A stretch of DNA of 64,000 nt, from positions 71,934 through 135,933 of the forward strand of contig CAKQUX010000003.1 in assembly GCA_934277645.1 (NCBI GenBank), written 5' to 3'. A model generated the notes under the pieces. It did not search any database. It was not told the origin of the DNA and saw nothing but the letters and a program-made list of their open reading frames with translations. Below are positions 28,554 through 37,874 of the stretch, piece after piece. This DNA is from an uncultured Clostridia bacterium. Its GTDB lineage: Bacteria; Bacillota; Clostridia; Christensenellales; CAG-917. Made by a program: the position numbers and the translations under genes. Position 1 is the first letter of the stretch, and each line of letters opens with the position of its first letter.

Positions 28554-29618
28554 ATGTTTAAAATTATTGACAAGCACGACGAATTGAAAGACGTTTTGAA
28601 GAAATCGCACAATTTTTATCTTGCGAGCGACGTCGAAACTAAAAAGCAATTTTTTGCGGATAAGAGCGTCGATACGTTGATTTTTACGGACGGCGGAACG
28701 GGATTTTTGAAAAACGCTTTGTTTGCTTTCGGAAACGTGACGGTTAAAGTTTTTTCGGACGACGTCAAAGAAATGCCGATAGGTAGCTTTTCGGGGGGAA
28801 AAGCTATCGTTTACATACCGACTTTGCCGCTTGCCGAAAGAAAAAGGTTTGATTTTAACGACCTTATCGCGATTATGACAAGACTTCGTGCAGACGACGG
28901 TTGCGAATGGGACAAGGCGCAAACGCATAAGAGCATCAGAATAAATCTCATCGAAGAGGCATACGAACTTGTTGAAGCGATAGACTTAAACGACAGAGCT
29001 ATGATGCTCGAAGAAACCGGTGACGTTCTCTTGCAAGCAGTTTTCCACACTCATATAGCGATGGACGAAAAGCAGTTCGATTACGGAGATATGCTCTTTG
29101 AACTATGCAATAAACTCATAACCAGACATACTCATATATTCGGGTCGAATCACGCAAGCAATGCCGACGAAGCGTTGAATTTTTGGAACGATGCGAAAAA
29201 GAAAGAAAAGAAATACGTTTCGTACACCGACGCAATGGAGCGTGTTCCGAAAAATTTGCCGTCGCTTATGTATGCCGAAAAAATTCAAAAACGCGCGAAA
29301 AAGTGCGGTTTCGATTTTGCCGACGCAAACGACGCCTTGAACAAAGTCAAGGAAGAACTGAACGAAATAATAGATGCCGCTACAAGCGAAGAAGTCACAA
29401 TGGAATGTGGAGATTTGCTTTTTGCGGTCGTAAACTATTTGCGAATGATCGGAGTCGAACCTGAACTTACGCTTAAAGCCGCAACGGAAAAATTTATGCG
29501 CCGCTTTAAACGAATGGAAGAAATAATGACGGCGGACGGAAAATCCCTCGACGAATTTACGCCTGTTCAAATGGATGCGGTCTGGAAAAAGGTCAAGGAA
29601 GAAGAAAAATGCAAATAG
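28554..29618 (+). CDS. mazG: MazG nucleotide pyrophosphohydrolase with a YabN-type N-terminal domain
   Basis: Tandem MazG repeats (CEWDKAQTHKSIRINLIEEAYELVEAI; EELNEIIDA...ECGDLLF). Confidence 0.8.
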   Translation: MFKIIDKHDELKDVLKKSHNFYLASDVETKKQFFADKSVDTLIFTDGGTGFLKNALFAFGNVTVKVFSDDVKEMPIGSFSGGKAIVYIPTLPLAERKRFDFNDLIAIMTRLRADDGCEWDKAQTHKSIRINLIEEAYELVEAIDLNDRAMMLEETGDVLLQAVFHTHIAMDEKQFDYGDMLFELCNKLITRHTHIFGSNHASNADEALNFWNDAKKKEKKYVSYTDAMERVPKNLPSLMYAEKIQKRAKKCGFDFADANDALNKVKEELNEIIDAATSEEVTMECGDLLFAVVNYLRMIGVEPELTLKAATEKFMRRFKRMEEIMTADGKSLDEFTPVQMDAVWKKVKEEEKCK

Positions 29619-30526
29619 GGCAAGTCGAACTTAAAAACAATCTTGTCTTTGCTCCTATTGCAGGTTACAGCGACGTGGCAATGCGATATCTTGCGAGAAA
29701 ATACGGCGCAGGACTTACATACACGGAAATGGTGAGTGCAAAAGGCTTATACTACGGCGGAAACACGAAACTTCTTCTTGCGACGTTAGACGACGAAACG
29801 CCGAGCGCCGTTCAACTTTTCGGAAGCGACCCCGAAGTATTTGCAAAAGTCGTAAAGTTTGAAGAAGTTCAAAAGTTTGACATAATCGATATAAATATGG
29901 GTTGTCCCGTAAGAAAAATTGTTTCCAACGGCGACGGAAGCGCGCTTATGGACAATCCGACGCTTGTGTCGGAAATCGTCGCGGCGGCAAAGGAAAGTAA
30001 AAAAGCGGTGACCGTAAAATTCAGAATAGGACATCTGACGGATTCGGTTTTAAATTGCGCCGTTATGGCTGAAAAAGGCGGAGCCGACGCAATCACCGTT
30101 CACGGCAGAAGACAAATAGAGTTTTACAGCGGAGTCGCCGACCATAGCTTTGCGAAAGCGGTTAAGCAAGCGGTCAAAATTCCCGTTATAGTAAACGGCG
30201 ATATAAATTCAAAAGAAAGTTATAAAAAGGCTTTGGCGGAAAGCGGCGCGGACGGTGCAATGGTAGCAAGAGCGGCTGTTGGAAGACCTTTTATCTTCTC
30301 CGAAATTTTAGATTTGCCTTTTGAAAAAAACGTTAAAAACGACATTTTGACGCAAATAGAAATTGCGCGGAACTATTATCCCGAAAAAGTACTTATAGGC
30401 ATTATGAAAAAACATCTTTGCGCATACGCAAAGACAGCCGAACTGCCTAAAAAGACGAATCTTGTTTTCACTTCGCTTACCGATTTTGACGATATGATGA
30501 AAGCGGTAGACGAATATTTTGTTTAA
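29609..30526 (+). CDS. dusB: tRNA-dihydrouridine synthase
   Basis: APIAGYSDVAMR, INMGCPVRKI, and VHGRRQIEFYSG motifs. Confidence 0.85.
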   Translation: MQIGQVELKNNLVFAPIAGYSDVAMRYLARKYGAGLTYTEMVSAKGLYYGGNTKLLLATLDDETPSAVQLFGSDPEVFAKVVKFEEVQKFDIIDINMGCPVRKIVSNGDGSALMDNPTLVSEIVAAAKESKKAVTVKFRIGHLTDSVLNCAVMAEKGGADAITVHGRRQIEFYSGVADHSFAKAVKQAVKIPVIVNGDINSKESYKKALAESGADGAMVARAAVGRPFIFSEILDLPFEKNVKNDILTQIEIARNYYPEKVLIGIMKKHLCAYAKTAELPKKTNLVFTSLTDFDDMMKAVDEYFV

Positions 30527-30584
30527 GAACAATTTTATAGGGAACGCAAAAATAAAAATTTCATTGAAAAACGTTATGAATAAT

Positions 30585-30617
30585 AAAAATCTCATAGGAA
30601 ATTCTATGGGATTTTTT
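30585..30617. terminator. bidirectional terminator between dusB and spmB
   Basis: ATCTCATAG-gaaatt-CTATGGGAT with flanking A and T runs. Confidence 0.65.
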
Positions 30618-30627
30618 ATTGCTTTTT

Positions 30628-31134
30628 CTAAATTGCTTTGCATATAAGGCAAGCCGTAATTGCACCTATGAAAGTTGAAAAAAGGGCAACGCCGATTGCA
30701 TAAGTGATTTTTTTTGATTTACATTTAGATAAATACACGGCGGAGATATAAAACACCGTTTCGGTTGCGCCCGAAATTACGCAAGCGCATCTTGCGACAT
30801 AGCTGTCCGCTCCGTACGTTTTTATGATTTCTTCAATGAGAGCCAAAGTCCCGTTTCCCGACAGCGGAGTAAGCAGAATAAGTTCGGTCAGCTCCGACGG
30901 AATGCCGAGATAGCCGAGCGGAACGGCAAGTATTTTCGTTATGAAATCACTTAGTCCGCTTTCCTTGAATAAGGCTATGCAGATAAAAACGGCGGCAACG
31001 TAAGGAAACACCGCCTTAATAAGAGCGATGCTTTCGGTTGCTCCGTCTACAAAGCAGTCGTAAATTTTGACTTTTTTTATTGCTGAGTATAAAATTATCA
31101 GTCCGACCAAAGTCGGCAAGACGTATTTTATCAT
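30628..31134 (-). CDS. spmB: spore maturation protein B (nucleoside-recognition-domain membrane protein)
   Basis: Paired with spmA. AAAGGA SD inside the end of spmA. Confidence 0.7.
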   Translation of the reverse strand: MIKYVLPTLVGLIILYSAIKKVKIYDCFVDGATESIALIKAVFPYVAAVFICIALFKESGLSDFITKILAVPLGYLGIPSELTELILLTPLSGNGTLALIEEIIKTYGADSYVARCACVISGATETVFYISAVYLSKCKSKKITYAIGVALFSTFIGAITACLICKAI

Positions 31135-31135
31135 A

Positions 31136-31873
31136 CTATCCTTTATTTACGTTGCCGTTGCTTTCGGAAGACTTTGCAATGCGTGGTTTCATAGAACTTT
31201 TGAGCAGCTTTAATTTGTCTTTCAGCGTCGGCTTTTTTGCCATAGCGGAAGCTAAATTGCTTTTTTTATTTGACTTTTCGCTGTTTGATAAAACTTTAAA
31301 AGGGCGTTTGCCGTTTGTCTTTTTGCTTTTAGATATAATTTTGCATAGCAAAATGCCGACGCCCGTCGTTACGAAAGTGGAGATTAGAGTAGGAAGCATA
31401 ATGTCGGTCGGACTTGCGCTTCCGCCGCTACTTCTCAAAGCGATGACAGTTGCCGGAATAAGCTGAATCGACGTTGCGGAAATTACTAGCAGAAGGCTCA
31501 TATTGTCCGTTATAGTTCCCGAGCCGTCGTCCATAAGTTCCATAGCCTTAATGCCTGCGGGTGTTGCCGCGCCGCCCATTCCGAGCATATTGGAAGCAAG
31601 GTTTATGGAAATATACTTATACGTTTCGTCCTTTTCGCCTTTGAACAGCTTTTTTGTGACTGGGGTTATCAGTTTTGTAAGTTTATAGTCGAGTCCCGAT
31701 TTTTCAAGCATTTTAAGCACGGAAAGCCAAACGCTGTAAATGGCAAGAAGTTTAAGGCATAGCATGATAGCATTTGTCGCTCCGCCTATCATGGTTGGAA
31801 AAACCGCTTCGGGATTAACAACCGTGAGCGCGACAAGTCCCGAGACCGACAGCAATAAAAAGACTACGTTCAT
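31136..31873 (-). CDS. spmA: spore maturation protein A with a lysine-rich C-terminal extension
   Basis: Nucleoside-recognition-domain pattern (LASNMLGMGGAATPAGIKAM). Confidence 0.7.
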   Translation of the reverse strand: MNVVFLLLSVSGLVALTVVNPEAVFPTMIGGATNAIMLCLKLLAIYSVWLSVLKMLEKSGLDYKLTKLITPVTKKLFKGEKDETYKYISINLASNMLGMGGAATPAGIKAMELMDDGSGTITDNMSLLLVISATSIQLIPATVIALRSSGGSASPTDIMLPTLISTFVTTGVGILLCKIISKSKKTNGKRPFKVLSNSEKSNKKSNLASAMAKKPTLKDKLKLLKSSMKPRIAKSSESNGNVNKG

Positions 31874-31953
31874 AGTTTATATTTATTTTACAAGTCGGGT
31901 TTTTAGTAGTATAATATTTAAAAATAAAGATATGATTAAGTTTTGAGGCTGAA

Positions 31954-33915
31954 ATGAGCAAAGAAGACAAATTTTACATTACAACGCCGATTTATTATCC
32001 GAGCGGCAAGTGGCATATCGGAACTTGTTATACAACGGTTATTTGCGACGCAATCGCAAGGTACAAACGTATGCAAAACAAGGACGTTTTCTATCTTACG
32101 GGAACGGACGAACACGGTCAAAAAATCGAAACTGCCGCAAAGGAACACGGCATTACCCCGAAAGAATGGGTAGACAAACAAGTAGATTCTTTGAAAAAAC
32201 TTTGGGAGATTTACGATATTTCTTACAATCGCTTTATCAGAACGACGGACGCCGACCACGAAAAATTGGCTAGTAAAATATTCGACAAGCTCTATGAAAA
32301 GGGTGACATTTATAAGAGCGAATATGAAGGTTGGTATTGCGTTCCGTGCGAGTCGTTCTGGACGAAGTCGCAACTTGTGGACGGAAAATGCCCCGATTGC
32401 GGAAGAGAAGTAACGCTTACAAAGGAATCGAGCTATTTCTTTAAACTTTCGAAATATCAAGATAAAATTTTAAAACTCTTTGAAGAACATCCGGAATTCT
32501 TAGAGCCTAAGAGCCGTCAAAACGAAATGATAAACAATTTCTTAAAGCCGGGACTTAAAGACCTTGCCGTTTCGCGTACGTCCTTTAAGTGGGGCATTCC
32601 AGTTTCGTTTGATAAAGATCACGTCATTTATGTTTGGATTGACGCTCTTACGAACTATATTACGGCTCTCGGCTACGGCAGCGATGACGACAGCTTGTTT
32701 AAAAAATATTGGCCTGCCGACATTCATATGATGGCAAAAGAAATCGTAAGATTCCATTCTATCATTTGGCCTGCAATTTTGATGGCGCTCGATATCGAGC
32801 TTCCTAAAAAAGTTTACGGTCACGGCTGGTTGCTTTTCGACGGCGGCAAAATGTCGAAATCGACGGGAAACGTCGTTGACCCGTTCTTGCTTGCCGATAA
32901 ATTCGGAGCGGACGCAATCAGATATTATCTTCTCCGCGACGTGCCGTTCGGTCAAGACGGAATTTACACAAACGAACTTTTGCTTAAAAGAATAAACAGC
33001 GACCTTGTAAATACGCTCGGAAATCTCGTTAAGCGTACAAGCGCAATGATAGAGCAATATTTCGGCGGCGTCATTCCTGCGCCTTGCAAAAAAGAAGCGG
33101 TTGACGACGAGCTTATAAAGACGTTTGTCGATTTGCCTAAGCAGGTAGAAGCGGAAATGGATAAGTATGACACGTCGAAAGCTCTTAACGCAATTTTCGA
33201 CGCGCTTAGCAGAGCAAATAAGTATATCGACGAAACAACGCCTTGGGTGCTGAATAAAGAAGGCAACGTCGACAGACTTAAAACTGTTATGTATAATCTT
33301 TCGGAAGCAATCAGATTTGCAACCGTATTGCTCACTCCGTTCCTTACGAAAACGCCTGACAAGATTTACGCTTCCTTCCCGTTTGACGAAAAGCTCAGAG
33401 AGCTTGACAGCCTGAAAGAATTCGGAGCTAAAATCGACGGCGTAAAAGTCGAACAAAAAGACGCTATTTTTAACAGAATAGACATTCCGAAGACTCTTAA
33501 AGAGATGGAGGAAATTGCGGCAAAAACCAAAAAGGTAGCCGCCGCTAAAAAAGAAGAAAAGAAAGAAAATATTGAGGGTGTTATGGACATTTCACAAATC
33601 GCAATCGACGATTTTGCAAAAGTCGATTTAAGAGTAGGTCAGATTCTTACCGCAGAAAAAGTCGAAGGCGCAGATAAACTTTTGAAGTTCAGCGTCAAGG
33701 TCGGCGAAGAAGAGAGAACTATCGTCAGCGGAATAGCAAAGCATTATACGCCTGACGAACTTGTCGGCAAAGAAGTCATTGTCGTAGCAAATCTTAAACC
33801 TGCAAAGCTTCGCGGAATTATGAGCGAAGGTATGCTCCTTTGCGCAGTCGATGGCGACAAAGTCGTTTTGATTACGCCTATGGTCAACGTAAACAGCGGT
33901 TCAAAAGTATGTTAA
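31954..33915 (+). CDS. metG: methionine--tRNA ligase with a C-terminal tRNA-binding (EMAP-like) domain
   Basis: YPSGKWHIGT (HIGH-type), a CPDCG zinc knuckle, KMSKS, and a C-terminal DLRVGQIL...KLLKFSV domain. Confidence 0.95.
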   Translation: MSKEDKFYITTPIYYPSGKWHIGTCYTTVICDAIARYKRMQNKDVFYLTGTDEHGQKIETAAKEHGITPKEWVDKQVDSLKKLWEIYDISYNRFIRTTDADHEKLASKIFDKLYEKGDIYKSEYEGWYCVPCESFWTKSQLVDGKCPDCGREVTLTKESSYFFKLSKYQDKILKLFEEHPEFLEPKSRQNEMINNFLKPGLKDLAVSRTSFKWGIPVSFDKDHVIYVWIDALTNYITALGYGSDDDSLFKKYWPADIHMMAKEIVRFHSIIWPAILMALDIELPKKVYGHGWLLFDGGKMSKSTGNVVDPFLLADKFGADAIRYYLLRDVPFGQDGIYTNELLLKRINSDLVNTLGNLVKRTSAMIEQYFGGVIPAPCKKEAVDDELIKTFVDLPKQVEAEMDKYDTSKALNAIFDALSRANKYIDETTPWVLNKEGNVDRLKTVMYNLSEAIRFATVLLTPFLTKTPDKIYASFPFDEKLRELDSLKEFGAKIDGVKVEQKDAIFNRIDIPKTLKEMEEIAAKTKKVAAAKKEEKKENIEGVMDISQIAIDDFAKVDLRVGQILTAEKVEGADKLLKFSVKVGEEERTIVSGIAKHYTPDELVGKEVIVVANLKPAKLRGIMSEGMLLCAVDGDKVVLITPMVNVNSGSKVC

Positions 33916-34682
33916 TAGACACTCATTGCCACTTAACGGACGAAAGATTCGATTCTGATAGGGAAGAAATTATTTCTTCCCTTTTTCAAAACGGAATCGA
34001 AAGGGCAATCGTTGTCGGATATGACAGAGATTCGTCACTTGCGTCGTTAGAGCTTGCTAAAAAACACGACAATTTGTTTTGCGCCGTCGGGACTCATCCA
34101 CATGACAGCGATAAATTCGGCGAAGCGGATTATGCGCTTTATTTAGACCTGTCGAAAGACAAAAAGACCGTTGCAATAGGAGAGATAGGGCTTGATTATT
34201 ATTACGACTTATCGCCGAGAGAAACGCAAAAAAGAGTTTTTGCCACTCAGCTCGAACTTGCCGACAGTTTAAATCTTCCCGTAATTTTGCACGTCAGGGA
34301 CGCTTATGAAGATACTTATGAAATTTTAAACCAAAACTCGCATTATCTTAAAAACGGATTGCTTTTTCATTGTTACAGCGGTTCGGCGGAAATGGCTAAA
34401 AGGTATTTTAAATTCGACCCGTATTTCTCATTCGGCGGAAGCATTACGTTTAAAAATGCCAAGACGTGCTATGATGTTTTGCCGATTATAAACAAAGACC
34501 GAATTTTGTTTGAAACGGACAGTCCGTATCTTACGCCCGTGCCGTTCAGGGGCAAGCGAAACGAGCCGCAATATACAAAATATGCCGCAAAAAAAGCCGC
34601 GGAAATTTTGGGCGTTGACGAAAACGAACTTATAGACGCATCGACAGTCAACGCCAGACGACTTTTTAAAAAACTCAAATAA
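33909..34682 (+). CDS. tatD: TatD-family metal-dependent hydrolase
   Basis: MLIDTHCHL, GEIGLDYYY, LHVRDA and ETDSPYL motifs. ATG overlaps the end of metG. Confidence 0.9.
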   Translation: MLIDTHCHLTDERFDSDREEIISSLFQNGIERAIVVGYDRDSSLASLELAKKHDNLFCAVGTHPHDSDKFGEADYALYLDLSKDKKTVAIGEIGLDYYYDLSPRETQKRVFATQLELADSLNLPVILHVRDAYEDTYEILNQNSHYLKNGLLFHCYSGSAEMAKRYFKFDPYFSFGGSITFKNAKTCYDVLPIINKDRILFETDSPYLTPVPFRGKRNEPQYTKYAAKKAAEILGVDENELIDASTVNARRLFKKLK

Positions 34683-34690
34683 TTGTTTAA

Positions 34691-34920
34691 GCATATAGCG
34701 GCTTTTAAATAAACATAAGCATATATCGGTTTAAAAAACAAACATACTTAAATATATATCGGGCTTAAAAAACAGCAGTTAAAGGGAGCAGTCTTAAAGT
34801 ATATAGCGATTTTAAGGTGGAAGCAGACTTATAGCATATAAGTGTTAAAATGCATAGCGGCTTTAAATAATCGAGCATCGAATAAACATTAAGTTAAATT
34901 GTCTTAAGAGCATATCGAAG
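34691..34920. repeat. degenerate array of about 8 copies of GCATATAnCGG(n)TTTAAA-like words
   Basis: Copies start near 34691, 34719, 34752, 34799, 34834, 34852, 34875 and 34910, in non-coding DNA between tatD and rsmA. Confidence 0.7.
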
Positions 34921-34926
34921 AAAATG

Positions 34927-34956
34927 AAAAAACCTTATCGTCAAGATAAGGTTTTT
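34927..34956 (+). terminator. intrinsic terminator about 245 nt downstream of the tatD stop
   Basis: AACCTTATC-gtcaa-GATAAGGTT followed by TTT. Confidence 0.75.
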
Positions 34957-35207
34957 ACGTATTAGCAACACAATTCACTCGTCAAACTGACTTACCGACC
35001 TTAAACTCAATAAGTCAAACTTTGACCGACTGAATTTATTGTATTAGGAGGGCTTGATTATGCTGCTAAGAAAGGCAAACGCCTTTTTATCTTTTGTACT
35101 TCGATGATTTATCTTTCGTACATTATTGTTTTGCGCAGTTTCAAAAAAAATATACCAAAGATACGAAAATATTTGCAATTTTTTTTAAATTAAAGCATTA
35201 TATAGCT

Positions 35208-36053
35208 ATGAGTGAAATAAACGTAAAAGATATATTGATTTCAAAAGGTTTTCATTATAACAAAGCCTTAGGACAAAACTTTATCACCGACGGCAATTTG
35301 CTTAACGCCATAGTTTCGGATAGCGGCGTTGACAGTTGCGATACGGTTGTCGAGATAGGAACGGGAGCAGGAACTCTCACAAGATCGATTGCGGCAAAAG
35401 CGAAAAAGGTGTTTTCGTTCGAGCTTGATAAAAACCTTATTCCCGTGTTGGATTTGTCCCTGCAAGGACTTGACAACGTTGAAGTCATTTTTAAAGACGT
35501 ATTAAAAATGACGGATGACGAGCTTAATGAAATTGTAGGCGGTGAATTTAAGGTTGTCGCAAATCTTCCTTATTACGTTACAACGCCTATGATTATGCGT
35601 TTTTTGGAAAGCGGACTTGACGTAAAGTCGATAACGGTTATGGTGCAAAAGGAAGTGGCAGACAGGTTTGTCGCAACGGTCGGCGGAAAGGAATATGCCG
35701 CAGTATCGCTTGCGGTGCAAATGCGCGGCGAGGCGAAAGTAACGAGAATCGTTAACAGACAAATGTTCTTCCCGATGCCTAACGTCGACAGCGCCGTTGT
35801 CAGAATCGATATAGACAGAAACAAACTTTCAGGCGTCGACCTTTCGGCGCTATCGAGGCTTGTCCGTATTTCTTTTGCTATGCGAAGAAAAATGCTTACA
35901 AACAATTTAATGAGCGGATATGGCTTGTCAAGAGAAAAGGCGATAGACGTACTTTTAAAAGCCGATATATCGCCGACAGTCAGGGGTGAAGCGTTAAGCC
36001 TTGACCAATATGTCAGGATTTTAAACGTTTTAAAAGATTTAGGCATAAAGTAA
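35208..36053 (+). CDS. rsmA: 16S rRNA (adenine1518/1519-N6)-dimethyltransferase
   Basis: LGQNFI, VEIGTGAGTLT, NLPYYVTTP, and FFPMPNVDSAVV motifs. The start is set at ATG 35208. Confidence 0.9.
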   Translation: MSEINVKDILISKGFHYNKALGQNFITDGNLLNAIVSDSGVDSCDTVVEIGTGAGTLTRSIAAKAKKVFSFELDKNLIPVLDLSLQGLDNVEVIFKDVLKMTDDELNEIVGGEFKVVANLPYYVTTPMIMRFLESGLDVKSITVMVQKEVADRFVATVGGKEYAAVSLAVQMRGEAKVTRIVNRQMFFPMPNVDSAVVRIDIDRNKLSGVDLSALSRLVRISFAMRRKMLTNNLMSGYGLSREKAIDVLLKADISPTVRGEALSLDQYVRILNVLKDLGIK

Positions 36054-36076
36054 ATCGGTTTATCGTCATAAAAAAC

Positions 36077-36110
36077 AAAACCTCGCATAGTTTAAACTGC
36101 GAGGTTTTTT
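36077..36110 (+). terminator. intrinsic terminator after rsmA
   Basis: AAAACCTCGCA-tagtttaaac-TGCGAGGTTTTTT. The T-run abuts the next ATG. Confidence 0.8.
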
Positions 36111-36980
36111 ATGTTTCAGAAAGTTATTATAATTATGAAAAGCGGCTCAAAAAAGGAAGTTTTGAAACTTGCCGAAGGCGGCGGCAAAGTTAAAGTTACG
36201 CTCGGCGACGGAATAAAGTTTCCAAGCACTCTTTTGATAGATTGCGGAATGGAATATGAATTGAAAATCAACGGCGTCGAAAGCGAATTTAAAGGAAGTA
36301 TCGACGGTGACGTAAGCGCGGTTTTGTTGACGGACGACGAAGTGTATCTCGGAACGAGCGGAAAGAACGACAAATGTCAAACGCTTTTGTTGAACTATAA
36401 AAATAAAACGTCAGAAAAAGCGCAAGGACAAAATAAAGATGACCCAAAATCCGAAATCGAAACTGCGAGCAGTCAGGCGCACGGCGACGAATTTGTAAAA
36501 AGTGAGAGCGCGACAGGTGAGAGAACTCAAAAAGCAGATATGCAAAGTAGCGTAAAAGTCCAAGAAAATAGCGAAAAAATCGAAACGTTTTCGGGTGAGC
36601 ACGATAAAGCCGAAGCAACCGTATTTTTCGGCGGAATAGAGTTTAGCGGAAACAATTTTTATCAAGCCGTTAAAGCTCAGCTCGACGAAATGTTCGTTTG
36701 CTATCCGCTCGAAACAAGACTTATAGAGCGCATTCCGAATTCAAAGTGGATCAGAGTCGATTGCGAAAACGAGTATTACGTCGTAGGACTTATTTACGAA
36801 CTCGACGAAGTGATTTACGTTTGTTACGGAATTCCGGGAAGCGACAAGATATTGCCGCCCGACGAAATCAAAGACGTATCGCAGTTCGTAGATATAGATG
36901 AAGACGGCGGCGTGTGGATGATTTTTCAGGACGCAAAAACGGGCAAGTGCATAAGCAGTAGCGACGTCATAAAAATTTGA
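36111..36980 (+). CDS. hypothetical two-domain protein with an acidic low-complexity linker
   Basis: 289-codon ORF. The C-terminal about 115 aa (FYQAVKAQLDEMF...YYVVGLIYELDEVIYVCYGIPG...WMIFQDAKTG) looks like a conserved Firmicute domain that I cannot name. The start could instead be ATG 36135. Confidence 0.6.
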   Translation: MFQKVIIIMKSGSKKEVLKLAEGGGKVKVTLGDGIKFPSTLLIDCGMEYELKINGVESEFKGSIDGDVSAVLLTDDEVYLGTSGKNDKCQTLLLNYKNKTSEKAQGQNKDDPKSEIETASSQAHGDEFVKSESATGERTQKADMQSSVKVQENSEKIETFSGEHDKAEATVFFGGIEFSGNNFYQAVKAQLDEMFVCYPLETRLIERIPNSKWIRVDCENEYYVVGLIYELDEVIYVCYGIPGSDKILPPDEIKDVSQFVDIDEDGGVWMIFQDAKTGKCISSSDVIKI

Positions 36981-37062
36981 TTGCAACTAAACCTGATAGT
37001 TTTATTTTGTTAAAGCGCTTTTATCGAGCGTTTGAAAAACAACGTCGAAATCTTATTGCTAT

Positions 37063-37090
37063 TGAATTTCGGCAACTAAAATGATATAAT
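37063..37090 (+). promoter_or_regulatory. SigA-type promoter with an extended -10, placed for a leaderless transcript
   Basis: TTGAAT, 16 nt spacer, TGaTATAAT. Only 6 nt separate the -10 from ATG 37097, and there is no SD. Confidence 0.6.
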
Positions 37091-37096
37091 CGTGAT

Positions 37097-37846
37097 ATGG
37101 ATAGACGACTTCATTATCGTTTGTTGCCGTCCCAAGTGCTGATAAAAGGCAGCGTAAAGGGCGACAGCGAATGTAATTATGAACTTTATATGTTGGAGTT
37201 TGTAAATGCTTCTTTGTTTTTGAGAAAGCGCGTTGAATTCTTGCCTTTTACACGCCCGAGCAGTGAATCGCACGGCGAGTGTGATTGCTACGCAGGTTCT
37301 TACGGACTCGATTTCAAATTGACGGCAAGTCAGTCGCGACTTCGGGCGCTCAGCATTTTGTCAGACCAAACGGAGCTTATCGGCAAAAACGGAAAATATA
37401 TGTTTGTGCCGCCGAAAAGCAAAAAGGACGTTGTTTGCACCGTTCTGCACATCGCTCTTTTAAAATACAGCTTGTCGGAGCTTAACACGCTTATGCGCAA
37501 AGAAAGCGGACTTAATATGGCGGAAACGGATATTAAAATATTTTTGCAAAAACTCGGCTTTAAGAAAAACCTTTTGCTTTACTATCCTCACGAGTTTTAT
37601 TTTAAATTCCCGATTGAGTTTAACGTCGCAATCGGTGAAATAGCAAGGCTTATCAGTTTGTCGTTCAAATCGGCGATGCAATATCGTCGACAAGAATGTC
37701 CCGAATACGAAACATATATGGGCTTTATGTACAGTGACTTTTTTGTGATTATGGAGCTTGTAGGCGACGAGTTCAGAGTGGTGGACTACGTCAACGTGTC
37801 CAAGAGTAAAATTTATACAAGGCTATTAGGCTATTCAATTTTTTAA
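37097..37846 (+). CDS. hypothetical protein (orphan)
   Basis: 249-codon ORF with its own promoter and terminator. I recognise no family. Confidence 0.55.
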   Translation: MDRRLHYRLLPSQVLIKGSVKGDSECNYELYMLEFVNASLFLRKRVEFLPFTRPSSESHGECDCYAGSYGLDFKLTASQSRLRALSILSDQTELIGKNGKYMFVPPKSKKDVVCTVLHIALLKYSLSELNTLMRKESGLNMAETDIKIFLQKLGFKKNLLLYYPHEFYFKFPIEFNVAIGEIARLISLSFKSAMQYRRQECPEYETYMGFMYSDFFVIMELVGDEFRVVDYVNVSKSKIYTRLLGYSIF

Positions 37847-37874
37847 TATTGATTATTTTAGATAAAGTCAGAAT

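Noticed and set aside
34691-34920. Possibility that the repeat arrays (here and at 5500-5650) are CRISPR arrays.
   Set aside because: The units are short (about 11-18 nt), degenerate and irregularly spaced. No cas genes are present. This is not CRISPR architecture.
35208-36053. Possibility that the methyltransferase is an Erm-type resistance gene because of the upstream leader-like mini-ORF.
   Set aside because: The protein has KsgA/RsmA hallmarks (LGQNFI, NLPYYVTTP, FFPMPNVDSAVV), and its context (metG-tatD-rsmA) is the housekeeping locus.
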